From the IMG/VR virus record IMGVR_UViG_3300044796_000401: a DNA stretch of 64,000 nt; one strand, given 5' to 3'. Shown piece after piece: positions 8,737 to 16,900 of the stretch. Position 1 is the first letter of the stretch, and the number at the start of each line of letters is the position of its first letter. Source of the stretch: a virus. Its lineage: Duplodnaviria; Caudoviricetes. A program made the translations under genes and the position numbers. The notes below the pieces were generated by a model. That model worked only from the letters and a program-made list of their open reading frames with translations, had not been told where the DNA came from and did no database searches.

Positions 8737-9519
8737 GTGTGCATCGGCGGGCCGATCGGGCCCAGGGGACTAATCGTGGAAACAACGCCTTACATGGACA
8801 GCGTCACGGCCGCCAGGTCGATATTGCTTTCCGAGCAGGACCAGCTTGAGGGCACGACGACGATCTCGCTCGAAACCTGCGAGGACCTCCAGCAAGAGGC
8901 GGATGTGCTCACGTACATCCAGGAGAACTTCGGCGAGTTCCTGAAGACGCTGCGCTACCTGAAGAAGGAGGACCAGGAGCTCCTCCTCAGCTACTACCTC
9001 CTGTCCAAGACCCAGAACACGCTGGCGCTCATCCACAAATCCACGCAGACGGTGTGCAGCTTCCGCATCCGCATGGCGGTCAAGACGCTGTGCGCGTTCA
9101 TCATGATGGGCCTCCCTACGGAGGAAAACATGCGGGCAATTTTGGAAGAAGAGGGACTGGAACATAGCTTGGGCGACACGCTGCCGCTATCTAGGGCAAT
9201 TGCTCTGTATTCCAAGGTACGCTCGTTCCAGCGTATAGCCGAAATATACCACATCCATAGGCCTGATATCCGCAGGGCGATGTCCCGTGCGTCCAAGCAG
9301 CTTATGGAATCTAAAAACGCCCACGCACACGCCCTCGGAGCATATACCCACTCGCTCATAGACAAAGCTTCGCCAAGCGGAACCGGGTATTCAAAGCGCA
9401 AACAGCAAAAACAAGGACATATCTACCGTTCAGATTCCCCGATTTTGGGAGAGTTCAGAGTGAAAGTAACCGATCCAGACTTTGAAAAACATTGGTTCGT
9501 TTCGCGCGCAAACAGGTGA
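8737..9519 (+). CDS. Sigma-factor region-4-like HTH protein (two HTH-like segments)
   Basis: LKKEDQELLLSYYLLSKTQNTLALIHKSTQTVCSFRIRMAVKTL follows the sigma70 r4 pattern; second segment SFQRIAEIYHIHRPDIRRAMSRASKQL. True start is probably GTG 8777 or ATG ~8793. Confidence 0.55.
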   Translation: MCIGGPIGPRGLIVETTPYMDSVTAARSILLSEQDQLEGTTTISLETCEDLQQEADVLTYIQENFGEFLKTLRYLKKEDQELLLSYYLLSKTQNTLALIHKSTQTVCSFRIRMAVKTLCAFIMMGLPTEENMRAILEEEGLEHSLGDTLPLSRAIALYSKVRSFQRIAEIYHIHRPDIRRAMSRASKQLMESKNAHAHALGAYTHSLIDKASPSGTGYSKRKQQKQGHIYRSDSPILGEFRVKVTDPDFEKHWFVSRANR

Positions 9520-9526
9520 ACCGCTA

Positions 9527-10129
9527 ATGGACAACCGCCACACCTGCCAGATGCAACTTGGGCACCCCGGCGAGATATGCGGGAACCCGTCCGCGCACAA
9601 GGTCGATTTCTACATGCGTGACGAGTCGGGCGAACTGATGCATTCGCCATGGGTCTGCGGCGGCTGCATCGAGGAAGCGCAGATTTGGTGGAATGGTTAT
9701 GGGGGCAACCTACGAGTTTTGAAGCCCCGCCATGCGGGACTCCCGCGTGCCCGGCCGGTACACGGGCGCTGGCTCCCCCTCGGTAGTGCATCCGATCTTC
9801 ACGGCCATGTTGATTTCCGCAAGGTTGCGCTCGTAGCCCTCGGTGCGGGACAGGCGGTACGCGTAGCCCAAGGACGAGCTGTCGACGGGACCGATCTCGC
9901 GAAGCTCGTGCGGCGGGAACAGCCACGACAGCGTCCGCTCCCAGACGGACCCCGCGGGCTTCGGCTCGCACGCCGGGTACGGCTTCGGGCTTACCGCATC
10001 GCAAACTTGCGCCAATACGTCAGGATTCATTGGGTGTCCAGGCCCGCGAGTTTTGGGCTGCCTCAACGTCTAGGGTACCGCGGGTCCAGTTGCGGCGCTC
10101 CGGTTCCTTGTAGGCCTTGGCATAGCTGA
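9527..10129 (+). CDS. Possible small Cys/His protein; 3' two-thirds doubtful
   Basis: MDNRHTCQ..ICG..WVCGGC looks zinc-binding, but the frame then runs antisense over 9710-10030 with junk-like composition. Confidence 0.3.
   Translation: MDNRHTCQMQLGHPGEICGNPSAHKVDFYMRDESGELMHSPWVCGGCIEEAQIWWNGYGGNLRVLKPRHAGLPRARPVHGRWLPLGSASDLHGHVDFRKVALVALGAGQAVRVAQGRAVDGTDLAKLVRREQPRQRPLPDGPRGLRLARRVRLRAYRIANLRQYVRIHWVSRPASFGLPQRLGYRGSSCGAPVPCRPWHS
9710..10030 (-). CDS. Hypothetical protein
   Basis: Start overlaps the end of 10020-10262, part of a chain of coupled small genes. Confidence 0.5.
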   Translation of the reverse strand: MNPDVLAQVCDAVSPKPYPACEPKPAGSVWERTLSWLFPPHELREIGPVDSSSLGYAYRLSRTEGYERNLAEINMAVKIGCTTEGEPAPVYRPGTRESRMAGLQNS

Positions 10130-10262
10130 AATCCCGCTCCGGCATCGAGGTGGCGCAGAAAAGATCGGGGTCGTCCACGGGCTCCACATCCGCCTGCGGC
10201 TTGATTCTGGACAATTCGGCTGCGACCTCGTCGCCTTCCGGCGTGCCGTAATAGGCGCTCAT
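10020..10262 (-). CDS. Hypothetical acidic protein
   Basis: ATGA coupling to the upstream gene at 10259-10262. Confidence 0.6.
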   Translation of the reverse strand: MSAYYGTPEGDEVAAELSRIKPQADVEPVDDPDLFCATSMPERDFSYAKAYKEPERRNWTRGTLDVEAAQNSRAWTPNES

Positions 10263-10417
10263 GCTTTCGCTCCACAGTTCGAGTGTTTATTGCTGAATCT
10301 GATCACGGCGGTCGCCCACTTCAAGCCGCCCCATCCCGGTTTGCGGGTCAATGCCTTGCCGCATTTGTCGCATTCCATCGTCCTGCGACGGTCCTTGTTG
10401 TAGGCGATGAGGGTCAT
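10259..10417 (-). CDS. Small hypothetical zinc-finger-like protein
   Basis: MTLIAYNKDRRRTMECDKCGK...HSNC; GGGAG upstream and ATGA coupling at 10414-10417. Confidence 0.55.
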   Translation of the reverse strand: MTLIAYNKDRRRTMECDKCGKALTRKPGWGGLKWATAVIRFSNKHSNCGAKA

Positions 10418-10722
10418 GCCCCGGCTCCCTTCGCCGCGGCCTTGAGTTGCGCCACGGGCTTCGGCTGCACCTGCACGAACGTGCTGCGGATGTCTTCCCG
10501 TCCCGCCCAGCCCATCGCACGGGCGGCGCGGATCGTCTTGGGGTATGACAGGACATCGGGGAAGAGGCTCACCGCACGGGTGTCCCTTATAGCCACCTTG
10601 TTGTCCCGTGCGTTGAATCCGATCCAGCCTTCGAGAATCCAGTAGCAGAGGTAGTGGCAAATTCTCGGGGACTTGGCGTCCGCCGTCCTCTTGCACCCGC
10701 AGATGGCGCAGCAGTATTCCAT
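10414..10722 (-). CDS. Hypothetical protein with CxxC
   Basis: MEYCCAICGC...; TAATG coupling at 10722. Confidence 0.6.
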   Translation of the reverse strand: MEYCCAICGCKRTADAKSPRICHYLCYWILEGWIGFNARDNKVAIRDTRAVSLFPDVLSYPKTIRAARAMGWAGREDIRSTFVQVQPKPVAQLKAAAKGAGA

Positions 10723-11009
10723 TATGCCGTTTGCTCCCGCTTTTTCGCGGCTTCGTTGGCGATCAGTTTCTCCAACTTTTTCTCCCGGTCGGGATGCCCC
10801 TGCACCACTTCGATAAGCTGCTTCGCAACCGCGGCGAGCAGCGCTTCGAGGGGACGCCCCTCGACCGTGACGACCTCGGACTCGCTCCCGAATCCCTTCT
10901 TGAGATTTTCAGCCTGCTTCGCCGCCTCGGCGAGGGTCATGGCGAGGGAGAGCAGCTTTGTCTTCTGCACCACCGTAGTCGGCGTTGTCGTTGCCATCCC
11001 GATTTGCAT
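10722..11009 (-). CDS. Hypothetical helical protein
   Basis: GGAGG 5 nt before ATG 11009. Confidence 0.6.
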   Translation of the reverse strand: MQIGMATTTPTTVVQKTKLLSLAMTLAEAAKQAENLKKGFGSESEVVTVEGRPLEALLAAVAKQLIEVVQGHPDREKKLEKLIANEAAKKREQTA

Positions 11010-11040
11010 AGATGCCTCCTCGATCACTTCTCCCTGAAAA

Positions 11041-12165
11041 TCAATGACAGCCAAGAATACAGTTCCACGGCGCGGGCAATCCCGCCATCACGCCGTAGTA
11101 GGAAACGAACCCAACTAATGCCGACGCAACCGCGACCGGTGCCAGCTTGAAGGGCATCTTCTTGCTTTCGCCCAACTGCCAGCACGCCACCGCTATCGCG
11201 GGAGCGAGGAACACGAACGCATCCAGATAGTAGTAGTAATACGTGGCGGGGCGGGGAGTCACCACCCAGAATCCAAGGTTGACGAGATACGGCATGGCGA
11301 CGATCATCTTGTCTCGGCGGTACAGGATGAAGGCGAGGGCAAGGATGCCGAACACCGTAATCGCCGGATTGCCCACCAAGTAAGGCAAACTATCCTGCGG
11401 ATGCGTGCGGAAAATCCAGTTATACCACGCCTCCGAGAATCCCGGAACGCTGACAGCGTGCTTGTGGAATCCCAGCATGAACACCTGCATCCCGACGAAG
11501 GAACTCGGGGCGTCGTGCTCACGTACCATCAGGGGGATGAAACTCAGCGCATAGGCGCTGGCGGCGGCGGCGTACAGCACCATCGGCTTGCGCACGCTCT
11601 TGTCCGTGACGAGGCACAGGATGCCGATGACGAAGAGCATTGCCCCCGCATTCCACCTGCATCCGACAGCGAGTCCGAATGCCAGACCGGAGTAGCCGAT
11701 CCACAATCCCCTCGTGCGTGACAAAGTGTAGAGATACAGCCCGATGGCAGAGAAGGTCAAGCCGAAGATGGACAGCATCGCCACTCGGGACATCACGAAC
11801 CAGAAATTGTTGAGGACGAGCAAGGCGGCGGCGATGAGGGCGGTGCTTCTGCTGCCCGTCAGTTCCAGCACCCAAAGCAGTATCACGACCACGAGGACGG
11901 CACCGAATAGGGTGCCCATGATGCGCCAGCCCCACGGATTGTCGCCGAGCACCCGCATGCCAGCGGCGATGAAATACTTCGCCACCGGAGGATGTTCGGG
12001 GTTGGTCGTCGGCGTTCCGGCGAGGAAATCCTTGGCAGCCGACACGTAGTACTTTTCATCGAACATCATCGATTGGCTGCCCAGATTGAACAGCAACAGG
12101 CCCCAAGAAACGATGAAAGTGACCAGCACCAGACTGATTATGCTTGTCTTGGATGGGGTGTTCAT
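11041..12165 (-). CDS. Pmt/GT39-like polyprenol-phosphate-dependent glycosyltransferase (GT-C, multi-TM)
   Basis: MFDEKYY, NPEHPPVAK, GDNPWGWR, MSRVAML, C[RK]WN and GNPAI motifs as in bacterial protein O-mannosyltransferases; many hydrophobic helices. Confidence 0.8.
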   Translation of the reverse strand: MNTPSKTSIISLVLVTFIVSWGLLLFNLGSQSMMFDEKYYVSAAKDFLAGTPTTNPEHPPVAKYFIAAGMRVLGDNPWGWRIMGTLFGAVLVVVILLWVLELTGSRSTALIAAALLVLNNFWFVMSRVAMLSIFGLTFSAIGLYLYTLSRTRGLWIGYSGLAFGLAVGCRWNAGAMLFVIGILCLVTDKSVRKPMVLYAAAASAYALSFIPLMVREHDAPSSFVGMQVFMLGFHKHAVSVPGFSEAWYNWIFRTHPQDSLPYLVGNPAITVFGILALAFILYRRDKMIVAMPYLVNLGFWVVTPRPATYYYYYLDAFVFLAPAIAVACWQLGESKKMPFKLAPVAVASALVGFVSYYGVMAGLPAPWNCILGCH

Positions 12166-12211
12166 ATCCCTAGTATACAGCGTCGGGGGAATTTTGGCTA
12201 TCTGCAAGGTG

Positions 12212-12250
12212 TTGAAAACAAAAGAATAGCGGCTGTTGCCAGTCGCTATT
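12212..12250 (-). terminator. Rho-independent terminator
   Basis: Minus strand AATAGCGACTG-gcaa-CAGCCGCTATT followed by CTTTTGTTTTC, just after the 12280 stop. Confidence 0.65.
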
Positions 12251-12279
12251 CAGACAATTTTCGGTTTTAGGGGGCTGTA

Positions 12280-12507
12280 TTAGGCGAACAGTGTGTCCGG
12301 CGCATTCGGGGCTGTGCCCTTGTACTTGGAGCCGCCGCTCGGGCCGCCACGCCCCATCGCGTAATCGACGAAGCGCTTTTCCTTGAAGTTTTCGTTGGTG
12401 CTGTGGAGGTACTTTGCAAAATGCTTGACGAGGTCTTCCCACTGCTGATTAGGCATGCGGAAAGTCCTCAGGGCATCGGCGATCAGGACGAAATGCTGCG
12501 TGCTCAT
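12280..12507 (-). CDS. Small phage hypothetical protein
   Basis: MSTQHFVLIADAL...LVKHFAKYL..TNENFKEKRFVDYA resembles a recurrent small phage family (..HF.LIA....N..F...RF), recalled from memory. Confidence 0.55.
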   Translation of the reverse strand: MSTQHFVLIADALRTFRMPNQQWEDLVKHFAKYLHSTNENFKEKRFVDYAMGRGGPSGGSKYKGTAPNAPDTLFA

Positions 12508-12580
12508 GCTCACGGCTGTTTTGTCAAAGACTCCCGATGGCGGACTTGCCAGCGGGGGTGACCTTTTTTGCAGCCTTGCC

Positions 12581-13354
12581 TTACGACTGCGGAATCTCCG
12601 TTTCTTTCGGGGCTTCCGGCTGGCCGGACTTGTCCCGGTCGGTGACCCAAGCGTCGGACCCGCCGCCTGCCGCCACGCGGGGAACATCTACTTGTTCTGG
12701 GACTTTGGGACTTCCGGTCTCGTCCCGGTCGGTGACCCAAGCATCGGAAGCACCGCCCGCAGCTTCTTTCTCTTCGACTTCTTCCTTCTCTTCGAACGGT
12801 TCATCGCCTTCCGCCTTTTCGAAAATCTCGACTTCGGGGGCCTCGCCTTCGGCGTCGACTTCCTCGACGATGTCATCGGCGACGTTCTCTTCCTTGACTT
12901 CATCCTTAAGATCGGTATAATCCTCAACAATGCCTTCGGCCTCAGCGGGCGCGGTTTCGAGGCTGACGCCCATCTGCTCGGCCGCGAACTCGATGTCTTG
13001 GGCGATGTCGTTCAACCCTTGATACGCTTCAACCAAGGCCTCTTCCAGCTTCTCCGGGCTCTCCTCGGCGATCTGGCGGAACTTCTTGCCGTATTCCTTG
13101 GCGGCGGCGACCCGTATCTTCAGCGGGGCTTCCCTGGCTGCACGAACCAAGCCGAGGTTCTCGCGGAGGTTCTCGATGCCTTCCGCATGGCTGGCGTACT
13201 TGTCGGCGAGCCGGATCAGGTGCTTCTCCAGCTTCTCGGGGGCCTTTGCGGCGACCGTGCGCATCTTGGCATATTTCCTGATTTTTTCGGTCTTGCGTTC
13301 GGCTTTGCGGGCCGCGATCTTTGCCCGAAGCTGCTTAGGTGATTGCTTTGCCAT
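12581..13354 (-). CDS. Acidic head-associated protein with two TDRD peptide repeats
   Basis: Start MAKQSPK (ATG 13354); basic N-terminus, PEKLE helical repeat, Glu-rich stretch, then two SDAWVTDRD repeats. Confidence 0.7.
   Translation of the reverse strand: MAKQSPKQLRAKIAARKAERKTEKIRKYAKMRTVAAKAPEKLEKHLIRLADKYASHAEGIENLRENLGLVRAAREAPLKIRVAAAKEYGKKFRQIAEESPEKLEEALVEAYQGLNDIAQDIEFAAEQMGVSLETAPAEAEGIVEDYTDLKDEVKEENVADDIVEEVDAEGEAPEVEIFEKAEGDEPFEEKEEVEEKEAAGGASDAWVTDRDETGSPKVPEQVDVPRVAAGGGSDAWVTDRDKSGQPEAPKETEIPQS
12632..12742. repeat. 21-nt direct repeat with 90-nt period (coding)
   Basis: GTCCCGGTCGGTGACCCAAGC at 12632-12652 and 12722-12742. Confidence 0.9.
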
Positions 13355-13445
13355 GATTATACCCTCTGTTTTAAGACTGCTATAGTTAAGAAACGACTTC
13401 GCACTCAAGTATTTTGAATACAGTCCCCATCTGTAGGGATTCAAA

Positions 13446-13931
13446 ATGAACAAACACAAACCGTGTCCTGATTGTGGAGACGACATCCCAGAAAACTTTC
13501 ATCAAGGTGCACACTACTGTAAGCCCTGTATCAGTAAACGCAGCAAAAATTGGCGGGCGAAAAACATAGGTCGTATTCGCGAAACCCATAGATTGCAGGC
13601 CCAGCGCTGGCGAAAGGATAATACTCATAGATACCGAAAATCCGATTCGGATAGAAGACAAAGAATGCGGCAAACATGCATCGTCAAACTTGGTGGAAAA
13701 TGCGTATGGCCCGAAGGCTGTTATTGGACTGACCCGAGAGCTTTGCAGATCGATCACGTACACGGGGGCGGTACCTCAGAGCGCAAACAACTAAATAGTG
13801 CCGTCGCTTTCTACAAAAAAGTTCTCGCGGATACTGACGGCAACTATCAGCTATTGTGCGCTTGCCACAATGCCATCAAGAAAATCATAAACCACGAATA
13901 CCATGCCAAAAATACCCAAGGGCACCTTTAA
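13446..13931 (+). CDS. HNH endonuclease with N-terminal zinc ribbon
   Basis: CPDC..CKPC, LGGKC..C, LQIDHVHGGG and YQLLCACHNAIK motifs. Confidence 0.8.
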   Translation: MNKHKPCPDCGDDIPENFHQGAHYCKPCISKRSKNWRAKNIGRIRETHRLQAQRWRKDNTHRYRKSDSDRRQRMRQTCIVKLGGKCVWPEGCYWTDPRALQIDHVHGGGTSERKQLNSAVAFYKKVLADTDGNYQLLCACHNAIKKIINHEYHAKNTQGHL

Positions 13932-16900
13932 CGATACTTTGTTCGTACAGACTCAAAAAACCCCTTCTTATCCGCAAAAATACCGTCCTCGTCGCTGCTC
14001 TTAAGCCGGGCGGAAGTTTTCATGGTCGTGTTCTCGGGCAGCCCGACTTGGCACGAGCCGTCGCCAACTTCCTTCATCATCAAGTCGCCGTTCGTAAAGC
14101 TCCAAACCGCCCCGCACTGACCGCACATCGCAAACCACAGATCGTCGGACGGTGCATCGCCGGGGTCCAATTCGCCGGATGACATGGGGACAACAGCCCG
14201 ATGTCCGCGGAGCTTGGTGTTGACTAGCTGTGTCAACTCCGCCGGGGGCTCCTCGTAATCAACGGGTTCATCGCTGCTCATGTGGAAATTCGGATTGGCA
14301 AGCTCGGGCAGGATCGTCTTCCTCATCGGCGCGTCTTCGCCCCGGCCGGATTGCGGGGTGATCGCGACCGCGGGCTGGCTCGGCTGGGCGGGGACAGCAG
14401 GCTGGGGCTGTTGCGCCTCGGGCTGCACGCCCTGCGACCGCTGGACGTTTTTCACCAGCATTTGCTGCGGGGTGACGGGACCAGCGCCGACTCGGTTTCG
14501 ATTGGCCCATTCGCCGGGCTTCCAGTCCCTCTTCGCCGGGTCGGGCTCGGCCTTGCGGATTTCTTCGAGAACCCCGTCGATCTTTTGCAGGTGCACGTGG
14601 ATTTCCTGCACGCTGCGCGCAAGGTACTTGTCGTCGGTGACGAAGCCCTCCAGCATCCGCTTGCCTTTTTCCAGCCACCTGTGAAACGCCGCCACGAAAT
14701 CCTCCGGCCGTGCGGCGGTCTTCGGCAGCCTGCTCGCGACTTCCGGTCCGTGCATCGAGCGGCCCTTGGCATTGAGCAGGTCCTCGATCTCCATCGCCAA
14801 GGGGTTGTTCATGCCTTCCCCGGTATCCGGCGTGCCTTCTTGCAGGCTGTGGGCGGCCTGCTCAAGCAGGTCGAGCAGCGTGCTTTCGAAATCGCCGTCC
14901 GCGCCCGTTTTGCGCGCTTTGGCTGGATCGTCTCCTTTCCTGACAATCTCGTTGTCGCCATAGGTAATATACGTTGCTGGCTCGCCGAGCCCGAAAACGA
15001 AATCCTGCAACTTCTGTTTCGCCTCTTCCACGGAACCGCACGGCCCGACTTGCGTGCCGAGGTTCAGTTCGTTGGAAGCGCCGTAGTCCGTCCATTCCCA
15101 CGTGCCTTCCCAGCCGTCGAGCTCCAGATGGCGGCTGTCGTACATCCCGCTCCATTCGATGCGGACTTGGGCTTCGAGGTCCGGCGTCGAAGCGCCTTCC
15201 TTGCGGGCGTGCGGCAGGCGTCCGGTGTCGCCCGGCGTGATCTGCGGGCGGATGCCGTCGTAGAAATCGTGCCCGATCCCGGCTTCCTTCTCGCCGTACT
15301 GCTTTTCCCAGTCCTCGTCGGACAGTTCGTCGGGCTTGCGCCACTCGATATGATTGCCGGTGATATCCTCGTACGCCTTCGCCGTTTCTTCCCATTGCTC
15401 GGACGTGACCATGGGTGGCTGCACGCGATGCGTGTCCAGCAAGTTGGCCAACGCTATCGATATGGAAGGAATGGGCTCGTCGCCGCTGGCGTAGTCGAAC
15501 GCATCCTGCAAAATCTTCCAGTCCTGCGCCGTGAGCATGCCATCCCCGCGGGCTTCGAGGAGATTAGCCGTGGCTTCGAGCAATTCCTTGTTCCCAAGTC
15601 CAAGTCCCGCTTTCTTTGCCTTGATACCCATGCTTTTCAACATATCCTTGTCCTCTTCGGAATAGCCCTCGGTCTTCGGTTCCTCCGGCTCCGCATAGAT
15701 CGTGCGCAGCTTTTTGAGGTCGTATTTGGAGAGGTATTTCTTCATCTCGTCCAAGGTCGTGCCCTCGGCGACAGTGGGCTCCCTGTTGGCAGCCATGTCC
15801 TTTTGGGACGCCTTCCACCCGTCGCTGTAAAGCCGCATGGCGAAGAGCGGGTACCTCTCGGGATACCACGGGTTCCTTCCCTTCCAGCCCAGCGAATCCA
15901 TGTAGTCGCGCATCCTGTCGAATTCTTCCCTTTGCGCTTCCCGCTCCTCTTCCTCGCGGCCGGGATGCAGGCTCTCATAGTCGGCGTCTTCCGAGCCTTC
16001 CTTCCGGGTATCCAATCCCAGGGGTCCAAGGACGCACTTGGCCGGGCGGCAGGCAAGCATCCAGTGTTCCTCGGTTGCGCCGGGCAATGTCTCGTTCCAA
16101 ATGGCGACGACTTCGCGCCCGGCAGCAGTCAAACTTTTAGCATACCCTTCGGCTTCTTCGGCGTCGCGCAAGAACGTCACGTCAAGCTGCTGTTTCTTGG
16201 CTTCGTTGAGCGTCATGGCTTTCTCTGCTTGGGCGGCACCGAGTTTTCCTGCCCTTGCCATCCCTTTGTTCATGCGCCATGCTTCGCTGCGTTCGACGCC
16301 CTCCATGTGGGGACCGCCGTTCTTGCATGGGCGGAGGTTGCATTGGGTGCATTCGAGGCACCGGGGGCAAACAAGGTGTTCCACGTCCGCCAAGCAATAT
16401 TGGCAATACTCTTTCCCCGGAACGGCTTCCTCGTATCCGCACGCGCTGCACATCGCCGCTTCATTGGGCGGGAGGACGTTCTCGCCGAACTCCGCGGTTT
16501 TCGTGTAGCGCTCGCGACATCCGTTGCAAACCTTGGTGTCCCCGATCTTCCCGCACGTTTCGCATTTCAGCTTGCCTTCCGGAGGTTCTTCGGGAGCGTC
16601 GTCGTCTTCGCTGCCTGTCAATGAACGGGCACCCGGCGCGAGCACCGGATTCGCCAGGATGCCGGGCTCGAAGTGCCCCGGAAGCAAGCGCCCGGCGTTC
16701 GTGAAATAGAAAGCCTTGTCCCCGAGCCAATCGGCGTCGGTCTGGAGCGGGATCGTCGGGTGGTCGTGCCCCTCGGACGATTCCGTGTTGACGTACGGCC
16801 TGTTGATGTCGCACTTGTCGCAATGGTAGATCGAAGTACGGCGCGGGTTGTCCGATGTCCAGCGGTGGACGAAGGCGTCCTTCACCTGCCGGAGCATCTC

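Noticed and set aside
8630-8740. tRNA or structured RNA in this and other intergenic gaps (57960-58060, 26480-26630)
   Set aside because: No cloverleaf, TpsiC motif or convincing long-range pairing beyond the terminators.
12508-12583. Readthrough or alternative genetic code after EIPQS-TAA (next codons GKAAKKVTP; DKTAVS precedes the next gene)
   Set aside because: A second stop follows within 19 codons, and all other genes read normally in code 11 with TAA, TAG and TGA stops. It may be a relic of a former fusion, but this is unsupported.
12632-12742. Possible CRISPR mini-array
   Set aside because: Only two 21-nt copies, in frame within a coding peptide repeat, with no cas genes. No array was seen anywhere in the window.
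14282-16624. 780-aa plus-strand ORF, and similar long ORFs at 2632-3717, 12455-13342, 24831-25622, 42662-44419 and 53848-54852
   Set aside because: These are antisense shadows of GC3-biased minus-strand genes: no motifs, junk composition, and the opposite strand encodes recognisable proteins.
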